Below, piece after piece: positions 50,816-61,775 of a stretch of DNA of 64,000 bases. Within the stretch, counting starts at the first letter, position 1; each line of letters opens with the position of its first letter. A program made the translations under genes and the position numbers. The notes beneath the pieces were generated by a model. It was not told where the DNA came from. It searched no databases and was given only the letters and a program-made list of their open reading frames with translations. This DNA comes from Aulosira sp. ZfuVER01 (GTDB taxonomy: Bacteria; Cyanobacteriota; Cyanobacteriia; Cyanobacteriales; Nostocaceae), in NCBI GenBank assembly GCA_034530615.2, contig JAVRCV020000049.1, positions 1 to 64,000 on the forward strand. Direction: 5' to 3'.

Positions 50816-52981
50816 ATGGTCAGATTTGCTAAATATCCATGTGTTTTGCAACTTGCCGAATCCGACTGTGGAGCAGCATCCTTAGCCACTGTTGCAAAAT
50901 TCTACGGTCGTACCCTAACGATGAGTTACATCCGGGAAGTTGTAGGGACTGGGCAACAGGGAACTACTTTATTAGGGCTGAGGAGAGGAGCCGAGGCACT
51001 GGGTTTCAACGCCCAAGGTGTGAAAGCTACACCAGAAATTCTTGAGCAAATCGATATTATGCCTCTACCTGCGATTATTCACTGGTTGGGCTATCACTGG
51101 GTGGTTCTATATGGCAAACGAGGCAACAAGTATGTCATTGCCGACCCAGATCCAGCTATTGGTGTGCGTTATTTATCTCGTGAAGAACTAACCAAAGGCT
51201 GGCAAAACTACATCATGCTGTTACTAGAGGTAGATCAAGTAAGGTTTGAACAACAACAAGACGAGCAAGTTCATGGTTTAGGACACTTTTTGCGCCGTAT
51301 TTTACCTTATAGGCTAATTCTGGCTGAAGCACTGTTGCTTAACTTTGTTCTCGGTCTAATTGCCCTGACTTCTCCCTTCTTCATTCAAATCTTGACTGAT
51401 GATGTGCTAGTTAGGCAAGATACTCGGCTACTCAATGCTGTAGTAATTGCTGTTGCGGTGATGAGCCTTATCAGTAGCAGTCTCAGACTGGTGCAGTCTA
51501 ACTTAATAGCACATTTTGCTCAACGACTGGAGTTAGGTTTAGTTTTGGAATTTGTGCGCCAAATCTTGACACTGCCCCTGACTTATTATGAAACCCATCG
51601 TAGTGGAGAAATTATCAGTCGGCTGTATGATATTCAACGCATTAGAAATGTGATTTCCCAGCTATTTGTTAGTTTACCCAGTGAATTTTTTATTGCTGTC
51701 GCTTCTTTGGGATTACTACTATTTTATAGTTGGAAGTTAATGTTAGCTGTTACCTTCATTATTATTTTAATGATGATATCAACTATTGCAATTTTCCCAC
51801 ATTTGCGGCAAAAAACTAAACATATATTAGCTCAAGAAGGTGAAAAACAAGCAATTTTAGTTGAAACCTTTAAAGGGGCAATTACTCTCAAAACGACCAC
51901 AGCAGCGCCACAACTTTGGGAGGAACTTCAAATTCGCTCTAGCAGTGTAGCAAACTTAACATTTCGTGCTATCCAATTAGCAATTACAAACCAAACCTTC
52001 TCTGATACTACTTCGGTTCTTGGTAGCGTCGGCATACTTTGGTTTGGTAGCCAATTAGTGTTTGCTAAAGAACTTAGTATTGGTCAATTAGTAGCTTCCT
52101 ATAGTTTGACTCAAAATGTGATTCGCTTAATGACTGATTTAGTAGCGATTATTAATCAAATTATTTGGATACGAACAGCTGCTGAACGTCTGAATGAAGT
52201 GATTGATGCTAATCCTGAAGTCCAAAAAGAAGATTATCAAAAACCCTTTGTCAAGATAACTGCTGATGCTGATATAGTTTGCTCAAAAATTAATTTTAAC
52301 TATCCCGGTCAACTTGACTTATTAGAAGACTTTTCCCTGACTATTCCAGGTGGTCGTGTAGTTGCTTTAATTGGTGAATCTGGCTGTGGCAAAAGTACGC
52401 TTTCTAAACTCATAGCCGGACTTTATAACTTGGAATCTGGTAATATCCGTTTTGGTATTTATAACCGCCAAGACCTCTCTCTTGATTGTCTGCGCCAGCA
52501 AGTGATTTTAATTCCCCAAGAACCTCACTTTTGGAGTCGTTCAATTATTGCTAACTTTCGCTTGGGTGCGCCCCACGTGACTTTTGAAGAAATTGTCACA
52601 GCTTGTCAGCTAACAAAAGCAGATGAATTTATTAGTAAACTACCAGACAAATATCAAACTGTTTTGGGAGAATTTGGTGCAAGTATTTCTGGAGGACAGA
52701 GACAAAGATTGGCAATAGCAAGAGCAATTGTTACCGATCCATCAATCCTAATTTTAGATGAATCAACTGCTAATCTCGATCCTGTAACTGAGACTTATGT
52801 TTTGGATAAGCTGTTATTTTATCGCCAAAGCAAGACCACAATTCTAATCAGTCACCGTCCCAGAGTCATCAATCGCGCTGATTGGATTGTGCTATTAGAA
52901 CAGGGTAAAGTAAAAATGCAAGGTACTCCAGAACAGTTGCGCTCAAAATCAGGCGCTCATTTGGATTTTTTAACTCCTTAG
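50816..52981 (+). CDS. Peptidase C39-containing ABC transporter (PCAT, SunT/HlyB family)
   Basis: QLAESDCGAA (Cys), HWVVL (His), ADP (Asp); TMD; GESGCGKST, ISGGQ, ILDE. Confidence 0.95.
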   Translation: MVRFAKYPCVLQLAESDCGAASLATVAKFYGRTLTMSYIREVVGTGQQGTTLLGLRRGAEALGFNAQGVKATPEILEQIDIMPLPAIIHWLGYHWVVLYGKRGNKYVIADPDPAIGVRYLSREELTKGWQNYIMLLLEVDQVRFEQQQDEQVHGLGHFLRRILPYRLILAEALLLNFVLGLIALTSPFFIQILTDDVLVRQDTRLLNAVVIAVAVMSLISSSLRLVQSNLIAHFAQRLELGLVLEFVRQILTLPLTYYETHRSGEIISRLYDIQRIRNVISQLFVSLPSEFFIAVASLGLLLFYSWKLMLAVTFIIILMMISTIAIFPHLRQKTKHILAQEGEKQAILVETFKGAITLKTTTAAPQLWEELQIRSSSVANLTFRAIQLAITNQTFSDTTSVLGSVGILWFGSQLVFAKELSIGQLVASYSLTQNVIRLMTDLVAIINQIIWIRTAAERLNEVIDANPEVQKEDYQKPFVKITADADIVCSKINFNYPGQLDLLEDFSLTIPGGRVVALIGESGCGKSTLSKLIAGLYNLESGNIRFGIYNRQDLSLDCLRQQVILIPQEPHFWSRSIIANFRLGAPHVTFEEIVTACQLTKADEFISKLPDKYQTVLGEFGASISGGQRQRLAIARAIVTDPSILILDESTANLDPVTETYVLDKLLFYRQSKTTILISHRPRVINRADWIVLLEQGKVKMQGTPEQLRSKSGAHLDFLTP

Positions 52982-53042
52982 CTGTAGGAGGCACCTTGAA
53001 TTGGAAGAAGCAATAACTAATGGTCATTGATGCTTGACAAAG

Positions 53043-53831
53043 CTAATTGTTAAAACTCACAATCCCAGACCACTGAACTTTTTTCTGCTGCGATCGGCGA
53101 TAAGAAAAGAAATGCTCTGGAGTTTGGTAAGTACAATAAGGAGCGATCGCAACTTGTTCGCCGCTAATTCCTAGGCTTTCTATCTGTAAAGCATTTACCC
53201 GTCGCACATCCACTCGGACTTTACCTGGGTCAGGGTCGGTAATTAAAGGAGAATTGGGTAGTTCATGTAAAGCATCGACAATCTTTTGTTCGTCTTCATG
53301 TGGCACAATACTAGAGCCAATTTCCGCAGCCACATCTACTGAGACTTGGTACACTTCCCCAGCGATCGCGGGACCCATCGCAATCCGCAAATCTTCAAGC
53401 TTGCTACCTTGTGCTTTCAAACGGGCGATCGCTTGCGGGACAATTTTCTTAGATGTACCCCGCCAGCCTGCATGAATTGCGGCTACCTGTCCGGTTTTCA
53501 CATCGCCAATCAGCACAGGCGTACAATCAGCGCTAGCAACCCACACTGCTTGCAAAGCCTTTTCACTCACTAAACCATCTGCTGATGCTAAAGCCGAATC
53601 ATCATCCCCGCCTGTGCTTAACTTGCTATCAATTTCTTGTGGGGTGAGAACAGTATTGCCATGAACCTGTTTCAAGCGATAAACTGATGCCTCTGGGTGC
53701 AGCACCTGTGTTAACTCTTGTGGTGAACGTGGCCAAAACGGATGGGTAAAGAAGCCGTGTTGCCAAGGTTCTAGGAGACTACAAGTAAGGTAGGGCATTC
53801 CTTGCCAATTGCGCCAGTGCCAAATGTGCAT
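53043..53831 (-). CDS. pgeF: PgeF/YfiH purine nucleoside phosphorylase-like protein
   Basis: QVHG, ADG, ADCTPV, HAGWRG, FFSYRR. Confidence 0.93.
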   Translation of the reverse strand: MHIWHWRNWQGMPYLTCSLLEPWQHGFFTHPFWPRSPQELTQVLHPEASVYRLKQVHGNTVLTPQEIDSKLSTGGDDDSALASADGLVSEKALQAVWVASADCTPVLIGDVKTGQVAAIHAGWRGTSKKIVPQAIARLKAQGSKLEDLRIAMGPAIAGEVYQVSVDVAAEIGSSIVPHEDEQKIVDALHELPNSPLITDPDPGKVRVDVRRVNALQIESLGISGEQVAIAPYCTYQTPEHFFSYRRSQQKKVQWSGIVSFNN

Positions 53832-53908
53832 CTTAAACCAAACCTAAACAGAAAATCAGAATCAGCCAATTAATGCTAACTTGTACAACGGGATTTGGGT
53901 TAATTTAA

Positions 53909-54721
53909 GTGGGATTTAATCTGCAATATTTGTCAGATGCCCTGAAAGCAGGGTGTCAGTATTCATATTTACCATTTTCTTTACACATTTTTGATAGTGT
54001 AGCTTCAACGAATCAAACTCTCTGGAACTTGCTGAACCAGGGAGCGAAACCAGGATGTGTAGTAATTGCCACACAGCAGACGGCTGGGCGCGGTCAATGG
54101 GGTCGTCAGTGGATTTCGGCGGCTGGGGGATTATATGTTTCGGTAGCAATTAACCCCAAACTCGAGGCTACTGACAGTTACCAACTCACTTTCGCTAGTG
54201 CTTGGGGAATTGCCTCACAATTGCGAAAATGTGGTGTCAACGTAGGAATTAAATGGCCTAACGATTTAGTTTTAGAAGGTCGCAAGCTAGGCGGTATCTT
54301 GACTGAAACCAAAGTAAAGCAAGGAAAGATCGCTCAAGCCGTCATTGGTGTGGGCATTAACTGGGCAAATCCAGTACCAGAAACAGGGATTAACTTGGAA
54401 TCTTGGCAAGCTTCCCAACCCGTCAAACCCATTTCTTGTCTAGAAATGTTAACCTCGAAGATTTTATTGGGAATAGAATCCGGTATTGAGTGCCTTTGTG
54501 AAGAAGGAGTAAACATACTCTTGACTCACTATCTAGATTTACTGACGAATATGGGCGATCGCATACAAGTCAATAATCTTACGGGTACTGTAGTTGGAGT
54601 AACCTCTCAGGGTAATTTACGAGTTAATGTAGAAGCTTATAATACAAAGGAAGTAATAACACCAGAAATTTACATTGAACCCGGTACAATCAGTTTGGGG
54701 TACCAAAAATCTTCGGTTTAA
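53909..54721 (+). CDS. birA: Biotin--acetyl-CoA-carboxylase ligase
   Basis: STN, QTAGRGQWGRQW, KWPND, KLGGIL, GVGIN. Confidence 0.95.
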   Translation: MGFNLQYLSDALKAGCQYSYLPFSLHIFDSVASTNQTLWNLLNQGAKPGCVVIATQQTAGRGQWGRQWISAAGGLYVSVAINPKLEATDSYQLTFASAWGIASQLRKCGVNVGIKWPNDLVLEGRKLGGILTETKVKQGKIAQAVIGVGINWANPVPETGINLESWQASQPVKPISCLEMLTSKILLGIESGIECLCEEGVNILLTHYLDLLTNMGDRIQVNNLTGTVVGVTSQGNLRVNVEAYNTKEVITPEIYIEPGTISLGYQKSSV

Positions 54722-54813
54722 CTTTTAGGTTTGTTCACAATTTCGCTCTTTGGGCAAGACAAACCACCGGCATCATTCTGTTTAGACTATTTACACAAAA
54801 TTTGAGAGAACAA

Positions 54814-56373
54814 ATGACGCAGCCCAATCACTCTGCCCATAAACGTTTGACAGTGACATCAAAACGCTTTGCTTCTACGCTACCAGCACAGAGCCTCTGT
54901 TGGCTCAGTAGCTTTAGCCTCCTAGGTAACGGCTTGGTGTTAGCTCAAACGGAAACATCTATAGATAACATCGTTCCTACTATTGAAAATTCTCAGCCGA
55001 CTACAGTAATAAATCCCGTTAAAAAAGATACTGTAACACCAGCGGTAACTCAACCACAGGTAGAGTTTTCCGAACGGCGAACCAGACTCAAAAAGAGATT
55101 GCAAAGGGAAAATGTCTCCCAATCATCCCAGCCAGTTAGACAGTCGAAACCGAAAATTGAAGCTGCTGAACCTGTTGTAATTAGACGTTCAAAACCTCAA
55201 GTAGAAACTTCGCAGGTTGCACCAGCTAGGATCAACGAAGAAAAACCCACACCTGCGCCGTTACGCACTTTACCTGAGAAACTCCCAGAAGTTGCTCAAC
55301 CCACCAACAATTCCAATAGCCCTGTCGGTAGCACGGAAGTCAAACCGAAAGATTACAATAACGCCTATATTGACCCCAACGATTATCAAGTTGGTGGTAC
55401 TTATCAAGCACCCAATTCTGTAGTCATCACCGAACGCTCTAGTGGTTGTCGAGCGACTTTGCCCACAGGACAAGCTATATCAGCCAGTCTTTGTGCCAAA
55501 CCTAGTGGTAATCAGCGTGTAGCTGATGGTAATAGTAAAACATCACCCAGTTGGTTGAGAAGAAGCCAAAACGCTAAGTTAGCGACTGTTCCAGTCGTTA
55601 GACCCATCGCAACTACTGGTAACACCAGCAGATGGCGTAGTCCCCAAGTCCCTCCTGATAATGTTGCGACTCGCATTGCTGCTAGTGTCACCAAGAGCGA
55701 ATATCATCCGAATCGGTTTATTCCTAACCCCAGCGAATTCTCTACCACAAAAGTAAGTGCAACTCCAATTGCACCGAGTGGTGGTACTTTGCCAGCACCA
55801 ATGGCAGATGGTAATTTTGCACCCCGTCCTAGCACTGTTGCTTACGACTTTCCACTAGCGTCAACCTTACCGCAAATTCCCTATGTAGGCAGAGTTGCTT
55901 ATAGTGGTCAGGGAATGATGTTTCCCCTGACTATCCCGGCACCAATCACCTCATTGTTTGGCTGGCGAGTTCATCCCATCACAGGCGATCGCCGCTTCCA
56001 CGCCGGTACAGATTTAGGTGCGCCGATGGGTACGCCAGTTTTAGCCGCTGCCAAAGGTCAAGTAGAGACTGCTGACTGGATGGGAGGCTATGGTTTAGCT
56101 GTTACCATTAACCACAGTTCTGCTCAACAAACTCTCTACGGTCACATGTCACAAATCTTTGTGCGACCAGGCCAGTGGGTAGAACCGGGAACTGTAATTG
56201 GACAAGTTGGTAGCACTGGTGCCTCTACAGGCCCTCACCTGCACTTTGAAGTTCGCCACCTAACTGCAAATGGCTGGGTAGCAGTTGACCCAGGTGTAGA
56301 ACTCAATATCGCCTTAAGTCAGTTGGTTCAAGGCTTACAGACAGCTCAGTCAATCAAGCAACCAGGCAGTTAA
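54814..56373 (+). CDS. M23 family metallopeptidase with long low-complexity N-terminus
   Basis: HAGTD, YGHMS, STGPHLHFE. Confidence 0.92.
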   Translation: MTQPNHSAHKRLTVTSKRFASTLPAQSLCWLSSFSLLGNGLVLAQTETSIDNIVPTIENSQPTTVINPVKKDTVTPAVTQPQVEFSERRTRLKKRLQRENVSQSSQPVRQSKPKIEAAEPVVIRRSKPQVETSQVAPARINEEKPTPAPLRTLPEKLPEVAQPTNNSNSPVGSTEVKPKDYNNAYIDPNDYQVGGTYQAPNSVVITERSSGCRATLPTGQAISASLCAKPSGNQRVADGNSKTSPSWLRRSQNAKLATVPVVRPIATTGNTSRWRSPQVPPDNVATRIAASVTKSEYHPNRFIPNPSEFSTTKVSATPIAPSGGTLPAPMADGNFAPRPSTVAYDFPLASTLPQIPYVGRVAYSGQGMMFPLTIPAPITSLFGWRVHPITGDRRFHAGTDLGAPMGTPVLAAAKGQVETADWMGGYGLAVTINHSSAQQTLYGHMSQIFVRPGQWVEPGTVIGQVGSTGASTGPHLHFEVRHLTANGWVAVDPGVELNIALSQLVQGLQTAQSIKQPGS

Positions 56374-56505
56374 GTTGGGGATTGGGGGATAAGGAGGACA
56401 AGAGGGACAAGGAGGACATGGGGGACATGGGGGACATGGGGGATAATTCTTGGCTCTTGACCAATGCCCAATGCCCAATGCCCCATGCCCCATGCCCATT
56501 TTCAA

Positions 56506-57186
56506 TTAAACATAGCCATGTTCTGCTAGGAATTCGGGTGTAATTCGATCGGAAGTAGAATTTTCCCCAGCTTTAGGGTTTTGTTTGCCAGAATAAAGGA
56601 ATTTTTCGACATATTTGCCAAGAATATCTCCTTCGAGATTTACCAAACTGCCAGGAACCAAATAGCGGAGATTGGTTTCGGCATAGGTGAGGGGAATTAC
56701 CGCCACTGTAAATTGGGAGAGTTCTGGCTGATATGTGGCTACTGTGAGGCTAATACCATTAATGGCAATACTACCCTTGGGAACAATGTACCGCGCGATC
56801 GCCTCAGATGCCGTAAAGGTCATTTCCCAAGAAGTTGCTGTTTGTTCTGCTGTCACCATCCGACCAACGCCGTCTACATGACCCATGACAAAATGACCGC
56901 CGACTTTGCTTCCTACCCGCAACGAAGCTTCTAGGTTGACATATTTCTGTGCTGTTTCTTCATCTCCTAAAGTCGTGCGGCGCAACGTTTCTGGTGATGC
57001 GGTGGCAATAAAACCGTCCTTTAAAACTTCTTCCACTGTCAGACAAACGCCATCGACTGCAATACTATCGCCGTAAGCCAAATCTTGCATAATTAAATTA
57101 GATGACTGACTTACAAAAGTAATCTGCCAAGAATCTCCCCCTAAGGGTTTCATGGTTCCTAACGCCTGGATCAATCCTGTAAACAC
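56506..57186 (-). CDS. ribE: Riboflavin synthase (alpha chain)
   Basis: MFTGL, GDSIAVDGVCLT, GGHFVMGHVDG, KGSIAINGISLT. Confidence 0.96.
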   Translation of the reverse strand: MFTGLIQALGTMKPLGGDSWQITFVSQSSNLIMQDLAYGDSIAVDGVCLTVEEVLKDGFIATASPETLRRTTLGDEETAQKYVNLEASLRVGSKVGGHFVMGHVDGVGRMVTAEQTATSWEMTFTASEAIARYIVPKGSIAINGISLTVATYQPELSQFTVAVIPLTYAETNLRYLVPGSLVNLEGDILGKYVEKFLYSGKQNPKAGENSTSDRITPEFLAEHGYV

Positions 57187-57527
57187 AGCTTTTTTGCCAA
57201 ATTAACTCTATTTATTGCCTAATTTTGCCTAAAATTCACTCGTAATTTCCTCCATAAATGCAGCCAAATTGGAGTATATTTTCTGACGTTATTTAAGATA
57301 GGGATATTATCACATTAACATCATGGACAAGGCATACTTGGGTAAGAGAGATATTGTCTAAGTAGACCACTTTGACTTACTCTGGTGTTCACATCAAGTT
57401 CGGAGTTTAATAGAAGCAATTATAGAGAACAAATGCCTATGTTTATTTCTGTCCCGAGCTTAACCCATCGAGGGTATTATTTGTTACTTATTAACCAAGT
57501 ACTCCAAGGAGCGTAGAGGCTTAGCCA

Positions 57528-58025
57528 ATGATTGAAATGAGAGTCGCTGGCATAGCATTAGATGCCATAACCCGCAGCCCAATTGTTCTTTTGAAAGATG
57601 CTTCCGATCGCCGTGCATTACCAATTTATATCGGTCAGGAACAGGCTAGGGCAATTGCGGGCGCAATAGAAAGTCAAAAGCCTCCACGGCCTTTAACTCA
57701 CGATTTAATTGTGAATATTCTAGAGACGTGGAACTTGACTCTAGAGAAAGTGATTATTCATTCCTTGCAAAAAGATACATTTTATGCAGCGTTAGTTGTT
57801 AAGCAAGGTGAGACTACAAAAGAAATCGATGCGCGTCCTAGTGATGCGATCGCCATTGCCCTTCGCACCAATGCCCCCATTTGGGTAATGGAAGAAGTCA
57901 TTGCCGATGCTTCTATCCCTGTCGATCGCGATGCTGATGAAGCAGAACAACAAGCCTTCCGTGAATTTATTTCTAATCTCCGTCCTGAGGATTTAATTAA
58001 GCGCTTTGGTAATGGCGAAAGTTAG
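57528..58025 (+). CDS. Bifunctional nuclease family protein (DUF151)
   Basis: LPIYIG, RPLTHDL, DARPSDAIAIA. Confidence 0.93.
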   Translation: MIEMRVAGIALDAITRSPIVLLKDASDRRALPIYIGQEQARAIAGAIESQKPPRPLTHDLIVNILETWNLTLEKVIIHSLQKDTFYAALVVKQGETTKEIDARPSDAIAIALRTNAPIWVMEEVIADASIPVDRDADEAEQQAFREFISNLRPEDLIKRFGNGES

Positions 58026-58086
58026 AAAATTACTGAAGTGCTAAGTACTGAGCTAAAAAGAATCAACAAATTAAACAATAAAGAAC

Positions 58087-58137
58087 TAAGAAGAAAAAGT
58101 AAAGAAAAGCACACAATTTCTTTACTTTTTCTTCTTA
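58087..58137. terminator. Perfect 21-bp-stem hairpin
   Basis: TAAGAAGAAAAAGTAAAGAAA / TTTCTTTACTTTTTCTTCTTA. Confidence 0.55.
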
Positions 58138-58285
58138 AATTTTCACTCGCTTTGCGTGTCATTTGTTATTAGTCAAAAGTCCACACTCAACAGTCCATAG
58201 TCTAGAATTTTTTGACCATTGGCAACCCTCTCCTGCCGGAGACGCTACGCGAACATTAGTATTTTCAGTGTGCCAACCTACTTTT

Positions 58286-59410
58286 ATGCAATATCGACGC
58301 TTTGGCAAAACTAATCTACACTTGTCTGTTTTTTCCTTAGGAACAATGCGCTACCTAGCTGATGCAGAAAATGCCCAGCAAACTATCGAAAAAGCCTTAG
58401 CGTTAGGAATTAATCATATAGAAACTGCCAGAGGTTACGGCAAAAGTGAGGAGTTTTTTGGCAAAGCACTCAAAGCTGGTTTATCTGTACCCCGTTCTCA
58501 ACTTCACATCACTACTAAAATTCCGCCTACAGCCGATGTTGACACCATGCGTCGCTATATTGATGAATCCCTAGAAAGATTGCAGCTAGATTATCTAGAC
58601 TGCTTAGGAATTCATGGCTTAAACACTTGGGAACATCTGGAGTTGGTGCAAGCTGGTTGTATTGAAGCTGTACAGGAAGCGATCGCAGATGGTCGGGTGC
58701 GTCATGTTGGTTTCTCCACCCACGGATCGTTAGATTTAATTCTGGCGGCAATCAAAACAGACTTATTTGAATTTGCCAATCTGCATTATTACTATTTTTT
58801 CCAACGCCATGCACCAGCCATTCAGCTAGCGGCGGAGAAAGACATGGGAATTTTTATTATTTCTCCTGCTGATAAGGGAGGTCGCCTTTACACACCACCC
58901 CAAACCTTGAAAAATTTGTGTCATCCATTTTCACCTTTAGAGTTAAATTATCGCTTTTTACTCAGTGACTCCCGCATTACTACCTTGAGTGTAGGGCCAG
59001 CAAACCCACAGGAATTAATTGAACCTTTGCGAGTTGCTGACAGTGTTAATGAACTCAAACCAGAAGAAATTGCGGCTTTCCAGCGTTTAGAAAATCAACA
59101 AAAAACTACCTTGCAAACTGATAAGTGTAGCCAGTGCTATGCTTGTTTACCCTGTCCAGAAAAGATAAATATTCCAGAGGTATTGCGGTTACGTAATCTA
59201 GCTGTGGCTTATGATATGACCGACTACGGCAAATATCGCTACGGAATGTTTGAAAATGCAGGTCACTGGTTTGGGGGAATGAAAGCCAATCGTTGTACAG
59301 AATGCGGTGACTGTTTACCAATGTGTCCTGAACAGTTAGATATTCCTGCTTTATTAGAAGATACCCACGAAAGATTAAATGGCAAAGCAGGAAGAAGATT
59401 GTGGGGATAA
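58286..59410 (+). CDS. Aldo/keto reductase with C-terminal 4Fe-4S dicluster
   Basis: MQYRRFGKT, ETARGYG, GFSTH, CSQCYACLPCP, CTECGDCLPMCP. Confidence 0.92.
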   Translation: MQYRRFGKTNLHLSVFSLGTMRYLADAENAQQTIEKALALGINHIETARGYGKSEEFFGKALKAGLSVPRSQLHITTKIPPTADVDTMRRYIDESLERLQLDYLDCLGIHGLNTWEHLELVQAGCIEAVQEAIADGRVRHVGFSTHGSLDLILAAIKTDLFEFANLHYYYFFQRHAPAIQLAAEKDMGIFIISPADKGGRLYTPPQTLKNLCHPFSPLELNYRFLLSDSRITTLSVGPANPQELIEPLRVADSVNELKPEEIAAFQRLENQQKTTLQTDKCSQCYACLPCPEKINIPEVLRLRNLAVAYDMTDYGKYRYGMFENAGHWFGGMKANRCTECGDCLPMCPEQLDIPALLEDTHERLNGKAGRRLWG

Positions 59411-59453
59411 GCACGTTACACTGTTCGTGAAATGCGATCGCCCTAACAAAATT

Positions 59454-60065
59454 ATGCAAGTCACACATCAGCGATACTACACGCCAGAGGAATATTTGGA
59501 AATAGAGGAAGCTGCTGAGTACAAAAGTGAATATATTGATGGGCACATAATTCCAATGGCGCATGAATCTGTCAATCATAATATGATTGGGGGAAATTTT
59601 GCGGCTGCGCTAAATTTTGCATTTAAAAAACTAGATTACCAAGTTTTTATTTTTCAGTTGTGTTTGTGGATACCTCAAAAGCGGATCTATACATATCCAG
59701 ATGTGATGATTGTGGCAGGTGAAGTAGAGTGCTACAAAAACCGTACAGATGTCATTTTGAATCCACAGGTAATTATTGAAGTATTGTCTAAATCTACCAA
59801 AGCCTATGACCGCCACGATAAATTTGAGGCTTACCGGACAATTTCTACCTTTCAAGAATATTTATTAATCGATCAAAACCGGATTCATGTAGAGCAATAT
59901 TCCAAAACTGGTAAAAAGCAATGGGCGTTGCGTGAATACGATGAAGAAGATGAAGCGATCGCACTTGTAACCGTACCTTTTGAAATTTCCTTGCAAGATT
60001 TATACAACAAGGTGCAGTTTGAGCTTGTGGAGTCAGAGGTCGAAAGTCCTGATATGGAAGGATGA
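59454..60065 (+). CDS. Uma2 family endonuclease
   Basis: YTPEEYL, YPDVM, IEVLSKST, EYLLIDQ. Confidence 0.9.
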   Translation: MQVTHQRYYTPEEYLEIEEAAEYKSEYIDGHIIPMAHESVNHNMIGGNFAAALNFAFKKLDYQVFIFQLCLWIPQKRIYTYPDVMIVAGEVECYKNRTDVILNPQVIIEVLSKSTKAYDRHDKFEAYRTISTFQEYLLIDQNRIHVEQYSKTGKKQWALREYDEEDEAIALVTVPFEISLQDLYNKVQFELVESEVESPDMEG

Positions 60066-60276
60066 GTTAAAGCGAGATCCCCCAGTATTACAAATTCAGT
60101 TATTTACTCTATGTTATGACAGTTACTCACCCAATTTAAATTATTTGTTAAATAATAAGATCTAAAATAATTTATGCCACCACTGCAATTTATGGAAAAT
60201 CACTTGATTTTAAGTCTTACTAATGATAAGACTTACTTACAATAATAGGCATTTACTACAATCTCCAATAAAAAAA

Positions 60277-61722
60277 ATGAAAGACTTACTAAAACAATTT
60301 GTTCTCACAATTCAATCGGTTATTCAGTCTTCGTCTATAAATTTAGAAGTATCTGAAACTATCTACTGTCGTGATAAAATCCTAGAATTCAATTATATTG
60401 ATGATACTCCAACTTGGCAATCACAAAATCAATATATTACTAAAAAAAATTATATTCCTTCAGCAGAAGTTATCAATCTTATTAAAGATTCTACTTATTA
60501 TAAATTAATTTTAGAAGAGACAATAAAGGATGATAGTAAAATAGATAGTATATCATTAGATAGCTTGATAGACTTTTTTACAAATTTCATTTTAAATAAT
60601 AGTGACTTTCATGAAAATCAAATAGATTTATTTATAGAGCAATTTTTAAGTGATATTAATCAAGAACCATTTAAGTGTAGTGCAAATATTGAGCTTTCTG
60701 GAATAATTATAAAGGCTGCACCGATTGAATTCAGTATTAATGGGTTCAAAATTATATTAAGGGAGATTAGAATTCAAGATTTAGAGGAAGACCATATTAT
60801 TTATCCTTACTTAAATCTATCACCCGTAAAAAGTAGTCCTACCTGTGTACCTTCAGCTATTCTAAATATAGAATCATATATACTTGAAAAGTGGAAGCTT
60901 CAACTTGAAATTGAGAAAATAATAGCAATATTAAGGCTTTTTAAAGTATGTAGTGCTAGATATATTTCTTACAAACTAGATTCCGAAGCTATTCTATGGC
61001 AACGCAGAATCGGGGGAACAATTACTAGCTTAAAATATTTAAATGTTGTTCCATATAAGAAGATTAAGATAACCGAGCAAGATGTAGCAAATCTCATCTA
61101 TTTTTATAGGAAAATAGTAAATTATATACCAGAATGCCTATATGAATCTAATATCGAAAATAAAGGAATGGTTCATTTAGCTATTGCTTACAGACATTAT
61201 TGTGAAGCCATACTTAATAATACTACATTAGAGGAAAAGATTACAAATGCAGTAATTGGTTTAGAAGCTCTAATTTTATCTGAAAATCAAGAAATAGCAT
61301 TTCGGTTTTGTATACGTGGAGCAAAGATACTCAGCTTATTTAATTATTCTGCTATTGAAGTCAAAAAAAAGCTGAAAGCTGCTTATAACATCAGAAGTAC
61401 TTTTGTTCATGGTGATGATATTGAGTTGGAGAAAGAGGTAAGAAAACTAGACCAAAATTATCAATCTCAAGATTTCTTGATAGAAATTCTAGATTATCTT
61501 CGGGTATTGATAATTATAATCATTTTCTTATCAAAACAAAATGAATTTGTTAACTCAAAGAGAGGAGTAAATAATTTTGAGAAGAGAAAGTTTCTAGATA
61601 TAGTAGATGATTCTTTAATTGATAAACAACAAGAAAATAAGCTAAATAATATTTTAGAAGAGGTAAAATATTTAATAGATTTATTAATGACTTTCAACCC
61701 AGAAAAAAACTTAAGAACATAG
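60277..61722 (+). CDS. HEPN domain protein (ApeA/MAE_28990-like architecture)
   Basis: IGLEAL..AYNIRSTFVHG (RxxxxH); visibly AT-rich. Confidence 0.75.
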   Translation: MKDLLKQFVLTIQSVIQSSSINLEVSETIYCRDKILEFNYIDDTPTWQSQNQYITKKNYIPSAEVINLIKDSTYYKLILEETIKDDSKIDSISLDSLIDFFTNFILNNSDFHENQIDLFIEQFLSDINQEPFKCSANIELSGIIIKAAPIEFSINGFKIILREIRIQDLEEDHIIYPYLNLSPVKSSPTCVPSAILNIESYILEKWKLQLEIEKIIAILRLFKVCSARYISYKLDSEAILWQRRIGGTITSLKYLNVVPYKKIKITEQDVANLIYFYRKIVNYIPECLYESNIENKGMVHLAIAYRHYCEAILNNTTLEEKITNAVIGLEALILSENQEIAFRFCIRGAKILSLFNYSAIEVKKKLKAAYNIRSTFVHGDDIELEKEVRKLDQNYQSQDFLIEILDYLRVLIIIIIFLSKQNEFVNSKRGVNNFEKRKFLDIVDDSLIDKQQENKLNNILEEVKYLIDLLMTFNPEKNLRT

Positions 61723-61775
61723 TTTATTTATAAATTATTTAACTTAAAAATAAATAATTCTATCTTGCCCCGCTA

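Noticed and set aside
57187..57527. FMN riboswitch upstream of riboflavin synthase
   Set aside because: No RFN consensus elements seen on the minus strand
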